Virus record (IMG/VR): IMGVR_UViG_3300032267_000653
Location: 1-48,922 of that record
Source: a virus
Taxonomy: Duplodnaviria; Caudoviricetes
Length of the DNA: 48,922 nt
Reading direction: 5' to 3' (one strand)
Shown: positions 1 to 11,900 of the stretch, piece after piece
How positions within the stretch are numbered: position 1 is the first letter of the stretch
How the letters are laid out: every line of letters starts with the position of its first letter
The notes under the pieces: model-generated
Databases searched by the model: none
Told to the model about the DNA's origin: nothing
What the model saw: only the letters and a program-made list of their open reading frames with translations
Made by a program: the position numbers and the translations under genes

Positions 1-2
1 CC

Positions 3-1082
3 AAAACAAATCAAGTTCTTTCTTCGGCTATTCAACGTTTTGTAATAGCATTTGGCGCTAATTCTTATAGCCCTGGTGATCCTGCTACACCGTTTGACCC
101 TATGATTGTGCGCTGGTCAGACCAAGAAAACCCTTATGAATGGGTGCCAGCAGTAACTAACCAAGCAGGTGAATTTAGGCTATCTAACGGCTCATATATT
201 ATGACCGCCCGTTCAACCCGCCAAGAGATTCTAGTTTGGTCTGATTCAGCCCTCTATTCTATGCAATATCTTGGACCTCCCTATGTTTGGGGCTTCCAGA
301 TCCTGATGGATAACATTTCCATTATTAGCCCTAATTGCGCAGTTACAGTCAATAACGTGACTTACTGGATGGGTACGGATAAGTTCTATATGTATTCTGG
401 ACGGGTAGAAACCTTACCTTGCTCACTACGCCAGTACATATTTAATGACTTAAATAGCAATCAAGGCTTTCAAGTATTTGCTGGCAGTAACGAAGGCTAT
501 AACGAAATCTGGTGGTTCTATTGCTCTACTAACTCTAATAGCATAGATAAATATGTCATTTACAACTACTTAGACCGTGTCTGGTATTACGGTTCTATGG
601 CACGAACAGCTTGGTTAGATTCACCATTGCGCCCTTATCCAATGGCTGCAGACTATAACAGACGCTTGCTTTACCATGAGGCTGCGGTAGATGATGTGGC
701 TGGAGATACCCCTGTGCCAATTGACTCCTATGTTCAGTCTTCTGACTTTGATATTGGTGATGGGCATAACTTTGGTTTTGTTTGGAGAATCCTGCCTGAC
801 GTTAACTTTAACGGCTCAAATATAAATAATCCAGAAGTCACTATGACGGTTAGACCTCGTCAAAACTCTGGTGCTCCTTATGGACAGGCTGATAGCCCAA
901 AGGTTGTTAGTGCAAATAACTTTACTAATATAGGCGTTTACAACATCCAAGAGTTTACTGGGCAGGTCTATACCCGCCTGCGTGGTCGTCAATTAGCCTT
1001 TAGGATTGAATCGGCTACCCTAGGGGTGGCATGGCAATTAGGTAGCCCAAGGATTGATATTAGACCTGATGGAAAGCGTTAA
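3..1082 (+). CDS. Tail/DNA-stabilisation (nozzle-like) virion protein, 5'-truncated
   Basis: Frame is open from position 3 (KTNQVLSSAIQRFVIAFG...), so the gene starts before the window. Beta-rich, aromatic sequence lying just upstream of the ejection-protein genes. Confidence 0.6.
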   Translation, partial: KTNQVLSSAIQRFVIAFGANSYSPGDPATPFDPMIVRWSDQENPYEWVPAVTNQAGEFRLSNGSYIMTARSTRQEILVWSDSALYSMQYLGPPYVWGFQILMDNISIISPNCAVTVNNVTYWMGTDKFYMYSGRVETLPCSLRQYIFNDLNSNQGFQVFAGSNEGYNEIWWFYCSTNSNSIDKYVIYNYLDRVWYYGSMARTAWLDSPLRPYPMAADYNRRLLYHEAAVDDVAGDTPVPIDSYVQSSDFDIGDGHNFGFVWRILPDVNFNGSNINNPEVTMTVRPRQNSGAPYGQADSPKVVSANNFTNIGVYNIQEFTGQVYTRLRGRQLAFRIESATLGVAWQLGSPRIDIRPDGKR

Positions 1083-1432
1083 TGTCTGTCATTTTACGTC
1101 CTTCTAAATCGCCTAATCTATTAATTGCTCCAGTAGATTATGACCAGCGCTACCAAGACCAGCTTAATAATGCCCTACGTCTTTACTTTAACCAAGTAGA
1201 TAACTTTACGGGTTTTTTAGGGCAGACCATATCAGGCACTTCGCAAGAGCGCCCAGCAGTTAACCTATATATTGGGCAGATGTATTTTGATACAACCCTT
1301 GGAATCCCTATTTGGTGGGAAGGTTCTTATTGGGTAGATGCAACAGGCTTAGAAAACACCCCTGTTTTTATTTCTCCTACTGGGTTAAAAGCCGTTGGAA
1401 AAACAGGAACCGTAGTAGTTACAACTGTATAA
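1082..1432 (+). CDS. Hypothetical virion protein
   Basis: 116 aa, TAATG-coupled to the previous gene. Contains a GQMYFDTTLGIPIWW motif of the kind seen in tail-associated proteins. Confidence 0.6.
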   Translation: MSVILRPSKSPNLLIAPVDYDQRYQDQLNNALRLYFNQVDNFTGFLGQTISGTSQERPAVNLYIGQMYFDTTLGIPIWWEGSYWVDATGLENTPVFISPTGLKAVGKTGTVVVTTV

Positions 1433-1474
1433 CAACATGATAAACTTCAACATAATCAATCCCGTGAGGTTCCT

Positions 1475-3232
1475 ATGAGCCATGCTGCTGCCCAACATTT
1501 AGCTTCTTATGGTCGTGGACCAGATACCGAACTGGTTCATATGTCCAAAGGCGAGATTAAAGGCTTGCAAGCTTTGGCTATGGCACAAGGTGGTTCCCTA
1601 ACAATTAACCCTCATACAGGGCTAGTAGAAGCTGGTTTTCTAACTAAGATGCTTCCAGTGGTAGCAGGTGCAGCTCTTGCTGCTACTGGAGTAGGCGCAC
1701 CAATGGCGGCTTTAATGGTAGGTGGTGCATATGGCGCCTATACAGGAAGCCTTACAAAAGGTTTAATGGCGGGTCTTGGAGCATGGGGTGGTGCAGGTCT
1801 AACAGGTAGCCTTGCCTCTTTGGGTGCAGAAGCTACCGCAGAAGCCGCTGGAACTGCAGCTACCGAGGGTTACAAAGAAGTTGCTAAAGAAGCCATTACT
1901 CAAGGAACAGATGCTGGTCTACGAGAAGCTACTAAAAATGCCGCTTTAGAAGGGGTACAACTACCATCTAACTACGCTGAGATGTATAGTGCTCAAACAG
2001 CAGCACCTCAAGCAGCACCTCAAGCTTTAGAAAAAGCTATTAATGCAGATGCTTTAAAAGGGTTAACCCCACAGCAAATACAAGCGTCTAAAGAAGCAGT
2101 GCCAGGGTTATTAGAAAGTGGCGCTAAACCAGAAAACATTATGCAAGGGCTTGGTAGAGCTAGTGCAGCCCAAGGTACAAGTACAGCTGCTAATGTAGGT
2201 ACAGGACTTAAAAACGTATTTACTAGTGCTGATACTGCTAAGACTTTTCTTGGCGATAATGTAATGACATTGGGTAGTGCCGTTGTCCCTGCCTTAATGC
2301 AAGAACCAAGAACTGGTGCTGGTCCAGCTGGGTATCAAGAAGATGAATACGACAGAAAGCTTAAAGGCTATAGATTAGGTTCTGATTATCAAGCATACGA
2401 AGCGCCTCGCCCTAACCCGTATTACCAAGCTCAATACGCTTCTGGTGGTATTGCTCGTTTAGCCCCTGGGGGCGGTCCAGTTGAGCAAATGAGCCGTAAT
2501 GTTATGGGCGGTCAAGGCAATATGTACCCACAAAGCCAGCAAGAGCATACTTATTTTGCTACCCCTACTCAGATGCCCGCATCCGCAGAAGTTATTCGTG
2601 CCGACTATGACACAAAGACAAATCCTTACACTGGCGTAATGATGGCTGGTGGTGGTATTGCCCGTTACGCATCTAGAGGTCAAGTTAATGTGTTACAAAA
2701 TTATTTAGATGCCCAGCAACAGCAACAACAGCAAATGGGTGCATTACCAGAAGGTGTTGGGGTACCACGCACTGGTATATACCGTGATACTGACGTAGAT
2801 ACAGCTAAAAAAGATGCTTTATCTGCAACCTTAGTAAGATTAAATAAGACCCGTAAAGCTGCGGGTATGAAAGGTCTAGAGCTACCTAAGACCTCAATTA
2901 AAGGTTTAGGTCAACCTGATGTTGAAGAAGCTGCCGCTGGCGGCACAATGCGTTATAACTTAGGAGGTTACTCGGATGGTGGTCGTATGCTTAAAGGTCC
3001 TGGCGATGGCATGTCTGACTCTATCCCTGCTAGTATTTCTGGTAAACAGCCCGCTAGATTGGCAGATGGTGAGTTTGTAGTCCCAGCCGATGTGGTATCT
3101 CATCTAGGCAATGGCTCTACTGATGCTGGTGCTAAAAAGTTATATGGCATGATGGATAAGATTCGTAAAGCTCGTACAGGTAAAAAGAAGCAAGCCCCCG
3201 CAGTTAAAGCTGATAAGTACATGCCAGCATGA
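1475..3232 (+). CDS. Internal virion/ejection protein
   Basis: GAGG RBS. Gly/Ala-rich hydrophobic N-terminal segment and C-terminal GPGDGMSDSIPA...LADGEFVVPADVV motif typical of tape-measure/ejection proteins. Confidence 0.65.
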   Translation: MSHAAAQHLASYGRGPDTELVHMSKGEIKGLQALAMAQGGSLTINPHTGLVEAGFLTKMLPVVAGAALAATGVGAPMAALMVGGAYGAYTGSLTKGLMAGLGAWGGAGLTGSLASLGAEATAEAAGTAATEGYKEVAKEAITQGTDAGLREATKNAALEGVQLPSNYAEMYSAQTAAPQAAPQALEKAINADALKGLTPQQIQASKEAVPGLLESGAKPENIMQGLGRASAAQGTSTAANVGTGLKNVFTSADTAKTFLGDNVMTLGSAVVPALMQEPRTGAGPAGYQEDEYDRKLKGYRLGSDYQAYEAPRPNPYYQAQYASGGIARLAPGGGPVEQMSRNVMGGQGNMYPQSQQEHTYFATPTQMPASAEVIRADYDTKTNPYTGVMMAGGGIARYASRGQVNVLQNYLDAQQQQQQQMGALPEGVGVPRTGIYRDTDVDTAKKDALSATLVRLNKTRKAAGMKGLELPKTSIKGLGQPDVEEAAAGGTMRYNLGGYSDGGRMLKGPGDGMSDSIPASISGKQPARLADGEFVVPADVVSHLGNGSTDAGAKKLYGMMDKIRKARTGKKKQAPAVKADKYMPA

Positions 3233-3663
3233 ATTTGGAGATAAGTCTTGTACCTATTGGAAACATATCACCACTTCTGCCAGGGCTTTTGCCACACTTA
3301 CAAAAGTCTGAGTTATGGACTCGAGGACGCTCTAAAGTTGATGACATATTACGTTTCTTACTTAATGGACAAATGCAGTTATGGGTGGTATTTTGTACAG
3401 AAGAGCAGCAAATTTATGGGCATGTCATAACGGAAGTTAAAGACTACCCACGTTGCAAAATGTTAGTAATTCAATACTGCGCTGGAGAAGAAAACCACAT
3501 GCAGTATTGCGAAGATAAAATGTATGACCTGTTAGATAAGTTTGCTAAGGATACTGGCTGTGCTGGTGTTGAATTAATTGGGCGCCCTGGGTGGGGCAAA
3601 CACGTTAAAAAGCGTGGGTATGAGGTGCAAAGTGTGATGTACCAAAAGTTTTTTAAGGACTAA
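3229..3663 (+). CDS. GNAT-like small protein in the internal-virion gene cluster
   Basis: 144 aa with ATGA overlap and GCAGVELIGRPGWGK motif. Positioned among ejection genes, like T7 gp13. Confidence 0.45.
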   Translation: MNLEISLVPIGNISPLLPGLLPHLQKSELWTRGRSKVDDILRFLLNGQMQLWVVFCTEEQQIYGHVITEVKDYPRCKMLVIQYCAGEENHMQYCEDKMYDLLDKFAKDTGCAGVELIGRPGWGKHVKKRGYEVQSVMYQKFFKD

Positions 3664-3666
3664 ATT

Positions 3667-5985
3667 ATGTTTCATTGGAAAAGAAAACTATGTGCCGACG
3701 GTGGCGTCCTTAGGGATTCTGGCGGTGGTGGCGGTGGCGGTGGTACACCTGCCCCTACTCAGTCCACTTCTTACAATACTAACGTTCCTGAGTATGCAAA
3801 GCCTTATGTAACAAATATGTTAGAGGCTACCCAGAAGCAGTTATATAAGGGTACTCCTACTGAAGGCGGTGGCTACGACATTACTGGCTTTAGACCTTAT
3901 GCACCTTACAGTACTAATGTAAACGATTATTTTGCTGGCTTTAGCCCAATGCAACGGCAAGCGCAGCAAGCAACAGCTAATCTACAACTTCCAGGGCAAT
4001 ACGGTCAAGCTACAGAAATGACTGGCTTAGCTGGCGCTGGCTCTTTAGGTTTGGCAGGTCGAATGGCTGGTGCTGGGCAACAATATGCTCAACAAGCTCA
4101 AGATCCAAGAGCTATGCAAGGTTACATGTCACCTTACATGCAAAACGTTGTTGACTATCAAAAGTCTCAGGCATTGCGTGATTTTCAAATGGCTGACCCT
4201 ATGCGTAAAGCGCAAGCAGTTGGTCAAGGTGCTTTTGGTGGTAATCGTATGGCATTACAACAAGCTGAAGCTCAACGTGGTTTGATGTCTCAACTACAAG
4301 GTATTGAAGCTCAAGGTGCGCAACAAGCGTTCCAAAATGCTCAAGCCCAACAACAATACGCTGCTAATTTAGGGCTGCAAGGTCAGCAAGCTGGTTTACA
4401 AGGTTTGGGTCAATATGGTCAGATGGGCGCTCAGTTAGGTCAACTAGGCACTACTCAATTAGGTGCTCAACAAAATATTATTGCAGCGCAAAATCAATAC
4501 GGTAAAGAACAACAAGCTGCTGAGCAAGCTAAGATTAACCAAGCTATTCAAGATTACGCTACACAACAACAATACCCACTCATGCAACTTGGTTTCATGT
4601 CAAACATGTTGCGTGGCTTGCCATTACAAGCAACCACTACGCAGTCTTACCAAGCTACGCCTTCGGCGCTTAACCAAGGTCTTGGTGTTTTGGCTGGTGC
4701 AGCTGGTGCTAAACAAGCTGGATTGTTTGCAGAGGGAGGAACTATCAAAGGTTTAGCAGCGGGGGGTGTTACTGGATACGCTAATAGAGGTTTAACAGAA
4801 GCCAACCCAACCAGCGGTGTGGTTCAAGGTATTAAAGCTAAATTAGAAATGATGCCTGTAGAGCAATTAAAACAAGTAGCTCAAACTAGTTCTAGTGAAG
4901 AAGTACGCACCATGGCATTAGAAATATTGCGTGAAAAAGAAATAAGAGCGCAAGCTGAGCAACAAGCTCAATCATCTATTGCTAAAGACCAACAAGCTAT
5001 GCCTACTCCTGTATCTCAAGGTATTGGATTACCTGCAGCGCCAGCTGGTGCTATGGATACATTAAATGCCGCTAGTGGTGGCATTGTGGCTTTTGCTGAT
5101 GAAGGGCAAGTTGAGTTAGATCAAGAAGAAGCAGACCGTCTGCAACAAGAATTTATGTCTCGTCAAAAATACGCTGACTTCTATAAAAAACAACGTGAAG
5201 CTGCTGGTATTGGCGCCCCTAAAGCTGGACTTGCTGATTACTACACTAAAGAACAAGCTGATATAGCAGAAGCCAGAAAACAAAAAGGCGGTTACAACTT
5301 ATTAGACTTTGGACTTAACTTTGCTACTCAAACGGGTCCATTAGCTTATGCAGCAGCTAAAGCAGGAAAAGCTACGTTGCCTGGAATGATTGCTCGTGAA
5401 GACGAACTTAGAGGTCGTAACCGTGATGTAGCAAAAGGTCTAGCTGAAGTTGAAGAAGGTAAACGTTTATTAGCATTGGGTGATATTGAAGGCGGCAATA
5501 AGATGTTTGAGAATGCACAAAACCGCATTAACAAGCTAGAAGTAGCTTCAAGTAGAAAAGCTACGGATATGGTTACTTATGCAGAAACCTATTTGCAAGA
5601 AAAAATAGCTGCTGGGGATAAGCGTGATCCAAACGTGATTTTCCGAGAAGGCATGGACATTAAGAAGAGATTGGACGCCGAAGCAGCAAATAGACGTACA
5701 GATGTTGCGGCTACTACTGCAACAGGTAATCTTAAAGATAAAGCTGTTGATAATGTAACTAAGACTTTAGAAGACTATAATTCTCCAGAAGCTAAGCAAC
5801 TTCGTAAACTTCAAAAAGAAGATAAGAAGAATGGTACTAGAACTGCGCAAACTTATAAAGATGGTTTGGTTGAAAAAGAAATAAAGAGAGTACAACCGTC
5901 TTCATCAGCTGGTTCTAATACTGGTGGTGGTAAAAATACAGGGTCTCCTGCGTTACCTGCAGGATTTCAACGAGATAAAACTTAA
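3667..5985 (+). CDS. Gln/Ala-rich internal virion (DNA ejection) protein
   Basis: 772 aa, helical and Q/A/G-rich, with YMSPYMQNVVD and GAFGGNR motifs, in the ejection cluster. Confidence 0.65.
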   Translation: MFHWKRKLCADGGVLRDSGGGGGGGGTPAPTQSTSYNTNVPEYAKPYVTNMLEATQKQLYKGTPTEGGGYDITGFRPYAPYSTNVNDYFAGFSPMQRQAQQATANLQLPGQYGQATEMTGLAGAGSLGLAGRMAGAGQQYAQQAQDPRAMQGYMSPYMQNVVDYQKSQALRDFQMADPMRKAQAVGQGAFGGNRMALQQAEAQRGLMSQLQGIEAQGAQQAFQNAQAQQQYAANLGLQGQQAGLQGLGQYGQMGAQLGQLGTTQLGAQQNIIAAQNQYGKEQQAAEQAKINQAIQDYATQQQYPLMQLGFMSNMLRGLPLQATTTQSYQATPSALNQGLGVLAGAAGAKQAGLFAEGGTIKGLAAGGVTGYANRGLTEANPTSGVVQGIKAKLEMMPVEQLKQVAQTSSSEEVRTMALEILREKEIRAQAEQQAQSSIAKDQQAMPTPVSQGIGLPAAPAGAMDTLNAASGGIVAFADEGQVELDQEEADRLQQEFMSRQKYADFYKKQREAAGIGAPKAGLADYYTKEQADIAEARKQKGGYNLLDFGLNFATQTGPLAYAAAKAGKATLPGMIAREDELRGRNRDVAKGLAEVEEGKRLLALGDIEGGNKMFENAQNRINKLEVASSRKATDMVTYAETYLQEKIAAGDKRDPNVIFREGMDIKKRLDAEAANRRTDVAATTATGNLKDKAVDNVTKTLEDYNSPEAKQLRKLQKEDKKNGTRTAQTYKDGLVEKEIKRVQPSSSAGSNTGGGKNTGSPALPAGFQRDKT

Positions 5986-5993
5986 ATATAACC

Positions 5994-8900
5994 ATGGCTT
6001 ATGAAAGTGCTACCAACCCCACTACAGGGGAAAAGTTATTTCTTGTTGGTGATAAATGGTTGCCGCCTAGCGAAACAGCAACTAACCCTAAAACTGGGCA
6101 ACGTGCATTTTTAGTTAATAATGAGTGGCAAGTTCTTGATACACCTAAAGCTGCTCCTGTTACTTCTACTGCCCCAGTTGCAGATTCAAAAGGTAGGTTT
6201 GATGCCAATAATCAACCTCGTACTCCTGCCGTAGCTGCTGAACCTATATTAAGTCCAGAAGAACAAGTAGCTTCTCAAGTAGGTGCACCTTCAACTGCGC
6301 CTATTGCCCCTACCGTTGCGGCACAACCTAAACCCCCATCTGAACTTAACATGGGGCGTGAGTTTATAGAAAAAGGTTTGCCATCTGGTTATATTGGCCT
6401 TAAGTCTACGGCTGCTGGAGTTAACCTTCTTAAAGAAGCTAACTTTATTGGTAGCGCAATGAAAAACCTTGACGTCTACAAACAAATTGACGAAGGCAAA
6501 ATAACTTCTCTTGCTGATGCTGAAGGACTTGGGCTACCAAAAGACCAAGTAAGAATGTATCTGGCTGCTAAATCTCCCGAAGCAAGGGAGCAAATGAAGC
6601 AAAACCAACAAGGGATTATTGAGAAGCGCCAAGGATTTGTTAGAGAAGGATTAAATTTATTTAAGCAATATCAAGCTGAAGCTGAGAAAGTTAAGGGCGT
6701 AACTCCTGACATTACAGATGTAGGTACAGTTAAAGATTTTGGAAACTGGCTTGCATTTAACGTAGGTTCTGGCGCTGTACAACTTGCTCCTATTATATTA
6801 GCTGCATTAACTACGGGCGGTCCTGGTGCATTTGCTCTTGGTACTACGATGGGTGTTGGTGAGACTGTTGGTAATCGTCTTCAGTTTATTCAAAACAAAG
6901 TTAAAGACTTGCCCCCTGAGCAACAAGCAGATGAAATAGAAAAATACATTAGAGACACTGCTGACACCACAATGGCAATTGGTTTAGCCTCTGGTGCTTT
7001 AGATTTGTTTGGTCCTGTTGGTTCTATTTTGCGTGGTCGGGCGGGTAAAGAAGGTGTTAAGTACTTAACCAAAAAAGAAGCTTTAAAAGCGGGCGCTAAA
7101 GCCGCACCTAGGGATATTGTTGAAGAAGGTCTTACTGGCGCTGGACAAGAAGCCGTTCAAATTGGTGGTAAACGTACTTTAGGTGAGCAAAAAGGAGATT
7201 TGTTTTCTGAAGAAAACATTAAAGACGTTATTAATGCCGCTGCCGCTGAAGCTGCTGGAGGTGTTGGTGGTACTACGGTAAACACAGGGTTAAAAGTAGC
7301 TCAAGCACAAGCTGCGCAAAATCAAGAAAAAGAAGCTAAAGTTATTGAGGCGCAAAAGAAAATACTTGATAGGCTTAATGCACCTGGGGCTATGGATGCT
7401 TTGGGGCAGCAATTTAACAATGAAGTTGAAAGATTAAGAAACACAATAAACCCTAAGACAATAAAAAAAGATGGGTCAGGTGGGCGCCTTTATACTGAAG
7501 AAGAAGCTTATGCGATTGCTGGCGATGCCATACTCCAAGAGGAGAATTTAGATGGACTTGAATCAACTATCGGTGGAACAAATCAATCAGGCGTTTCTGT
7601 GCCTAGCGGACCAAGCGAAACCGACACAGGAATTGAAGGCACTACCACAGGAGACGTGGCAGCAACTAGCGAGACTACTACTGCTGTTGGAGGCGGAGAA
7701 GGAACTGAACTCAATACACTAGCTGCAGACCTAAAAGCTAAGTACCCCCAGTTAACAGATGAACAAGCATTAGCAAATGCTAAAGAAAGCCTACGTCAAA
7801 AACAAATGGCGGCTGGCATGGGTGCACCTACCCCAACAAGCGCATTAACTCCTGAGCAAGAACAAAGAAGAATAGACCTAAGAAACATTCTTGAAGCTGG
7901 TACTTTTGATGAGGCGCAAGGTCGTGCCATAGTAGAAGAATTAATAGCTTTAGAAAACTTAGCTGAAGGCGATATAGCCCCACCCCAAGACACAACGATA
8001 ACTGAGGAAGAAGCACCTACAGATACCACAGAAGATGGAAAACCCCCAGTTAAAATAGGTAAGCCACGTGGTAGACCAAAAACAGAGAAAACCCCAGAGC
8101 AACAAGCTGCCGCTGCTGAATATCGTAAGCAACGTCAAGATATAGGTAAAAATGCTCTTACTGAAGTTACTAAAGCTGAAAAAGTTTTAAACAGAGTAGT
8201 TGATGAGCAAGCCATTATTGAGAATTCTGGCACTGAGAAAGAAGCTCAAGATACTTTGTTTGGTTTAAGAGAAGAACGCATTGGCGCTCTATCGGTTGCG
8301 TATGGTTTATCTGTTGACCCAGACCAAAAGAATAAAACTGCGGGTAAAAGAGCTACTGCTTTACTAGAGAAAGCTGACCCACAAGAACGTGAACTTGGTA
8401 AACAAAGACACGAAGCTAAGCAAAAACTAAGCGCACCTAGTCGTTCCGAAATGACGGCACAAGATTTAAAAGATCGACAACAACTTGCAATAACAAGACG
8501 AAGACTAGAGTTACAAAAACCAATATCCATATTTACAGAAGCTTTTAAGAAATGGTTTGGTAAGAGCAAAATAGTTAACAAAGATGGTACTCCTAAAAAG
8601 ATGTATCACGGCACTGCTCGTGATATTGGTGAGTTTCAACCCAAACAAGCTAATGCTATTTTCTTAACAGAAGACCCAAAGTTTGCGGAAGGGTTTACAG
8701 CTGCTTCAAAATACTTTATGTCCAAAGAAGCATTTAGTAAATTACCGTTTGAACAGCAAGAAAAAATAGCCAAAGAAATGTTTGGAATGGCTGTAAAGAA
8801 CAGTTATATGAGTTCTAAAGATGCTCAAATGGGCATAAAATTTTTACTTTCTAGTAGTGATTCTATTCTTTCTGGCGCATTTAGTAAATGGGGAATGGAG

Positions 8901-11900
8901 CCATATGTTAATAAGTTTATGGAACCCTATGTAGGAAACGGTCCAAACATTATTCCTGTCTATGCCAAAGCAGAGATGCCATTTGATTATGAAAACCCAG
9001 ATCATGTTGATTTTGTAATTGCAGCATTAACCCCTGAAGAAAAACAAGCAGCTTTATCAAATGTTTCTTATGACCCAAATAGATTAGTAACTGCGTTGCA
9101 ACAAGGTGCGTGGGTTCACATAGAATCCGCACCAATACAAGCCGCAATGAGACGTGTTGGTTTTGACGGGTTTTATGTTAGAGAAGGGGGTAATAAGAAC
9201 CTTGCTGTTTATAACTCTAATCAAATTAAGTCTGTATTTAATCAGACTCCAACTGAAGATGCCAATATATCCCGTTCCGAAATTATTGAATCCACTAACG
9301 GGCAAGACAATCCAGCGTTTGAAAAATTTAATAATGCTAAAGGTGCACTTAACTATATAGCTCGAAAGGGCAACCCGTTTGAGAAAGCTCTAGCTCAGCG
9401 CCTTGTGCCATTCCTTAACGGGGTTAAGTTTGTCATAGTAGACAGCGAAGCAGACATGCCTACTCCTAAACTACAAAAGTTTATGAAAGGGGCAGCGGGG
9501 CTTTTTGATCCTGAGACAAACACTATCTATGTAGCACGTGAAGGCGGTATTAATAATACTGTTGTGCTACACGAGGCTTTACATGCAGCAACCATTGCTA
9601 AAATTAATACTTATATTTTATTAAAGAACGCAAAGAAACCCATTCCTAATGATCTGCGAGTTGCTGTTGCAGAACTGTACGAAACCATGGATGAGGCTAA
9701 GGCGCTATACGACCAGCTTAATGAGGCAGGAATGCTTCTTCCTGAAATGGAAGCAATTCCTTATATTGCCTTTACAGATGTTAAAGAGTTTGTAGCTTAC
9801 GGATTATCTCTCCCTGTAATGCAAGACTTCCTCCTTTTTGCTCCTGGTGAGTACGCTGGTGAAGCACCTGGGTTTATTAGCAAACTGTTTAATAAGTTTG
9901 TACAGAGCTTGCGCAAGATGTTTAACATGGGCGAAAACCATAAGTCCGCCTTGCAAGATTTAATGATTGTTACTAATAAGCTGTTAGACGTACAACTTTT
10001 AGAAACAGTTGCAACGGGTGAGCCGTCACAAGCTAAAGCAAAACAACCTAAAGCACCTAAGCAGTTAAAGATGGTAGAGAACGTGCTTAGAAAGCTTAGA
10101 CTATCTCATAGCAGTTCCGATATGAACACTTCAATTGGTCAGCTGATAATGCAGACTAGAAATGCTAATGATGCTATTCGACTAGTAAAAGCTGTTTATA
10201 ACACTATAAGCGTAGCTAAATTAAAACTTGTAATGCGCGCATTTGATACAGGGGATATTACCCGCATAGCAGGAGATAAGCTTAGTAACATCAAAGTTAT
10301 TAATAATGCTGTAGAAGGTATGGCTGGTATGCGCACCCGTATGATTCGTGAGCTATCAGAAAAAGTCCCTGCTTGGATTAACTTTAATCAAAAATACAAA
10401 CAAGGTGGCAAAGCACTGGCTGATGTAATAAATGCAGCTACGTTGCTACAAGTCGACCCTGCTAAGCACCCTGATGCAGCAACTGCTATAAAAAATGACC
10501 CAGATTTACAACGAATAGAAAACGCTATTCTTAACCCGTCTACAGATCCTAAAACTTTGCCTAACCTTAAAAAGCAAAGAACAGAACGTACTGCGGCTAT
10601 AAAGTTATTGTATGAGGGTGGTGTTTTAAATAACCCAATTACGGGTGAAAAATTTACTATGCTTGGTTGGGATGCCTTGGGCAAGTTTGGAAAAGGCGAA
10701 GGGCATGATATATACAGGATGGCTAGGGATAGCTATAAGCAAACATTTGATTTGCATGAAAAGCTGCTAAAAGAAAAGATTGCAGCTTCTAATGTACCTG
10801 GAGATGTTAATGATGCTGCTACTCCAAAAGGTAAATTAATTGCAGCTATTACTAAAACTTTCCAAGAAGCTAGGTTGCTAGATATTTATTTCCCATTGAT
10901 GCGTTATGGCAACTTCTGGTTTAGCAAGGGTAAAGGCAAGAGTGGTGAGTTCTACATGTTTGAAAGCGCTACTGCTCGTAATGCCGCCGTTGAAGCTCGT
11001 GTTGCTGAGCTTAATAAAGCCAGTGGCACTAATCGTAGTTTAGATCAAATGATTGCTGACGGGGATATAGACGTTGGAGACGATATACGCAAGCTAAGAG
11101 AAAAGCATGTTGAATCTAGTGACATGCTTAAAGAAATCTTTGCAATGCTTGATAGCAACAAGATGACGGATATAGAGGCTGTCAAAGATAACATCTACCA
11201 AATGTATTTAATGACGTTGCCTGATAAAGACATTCGTCGTAAGTTTGTACACCGCCAAGGCAAAACTGGTTTTAGCGCCGATGCAATCCGTAACTTTATT
11301 ACTAGCCAACACACTGCTGCTAATCAACTATCTCGTTTAACTTACGCAGATAAGATTCGTAACGGCATAGCAGCTGCATATGCAGAGATAGCACAAAACC
11401 CAGATAAGCTAAAACTAGCTGTAATTATTAGAGAAATTAGCGCTAGAGCGCTTGACGAAATTACACCTAGCATCCCTGATGAGGGTATAGACTGGAATAA
11501 AGTTGCATCCGTAGGTAATAAGTTTGTGTTCTATTGGTTGTTAACCTCTCCTAAGTCTGCATTAATACAGATGACACAGCTACCTATTGTTGGTCTACCC
11601 ACCCTTGGGGCTGAATTTGGTATAGGAAAAGCCACTGCTACTGCCGCTAGATACTCTGCACTTTGGAACAAATTTGGTATACCAGTAAAAGACCCAGACG
11701 GAAATATTATTACTAAGTGGGGTCAACCCTCTATAGGTGACTCTAGCTATATTGCTAAGCACCCAGACCCAGCGTATAGAAAAATGCTAAAAGACGCTTG
11801 GAACTTTGCCAATGACAAAGATATTTTTATGTCTACCTATGCGGGAGACATGACCGCAATGTCTGAAGTCCCTACTGCGCAATACCACAATGTAATTAGT

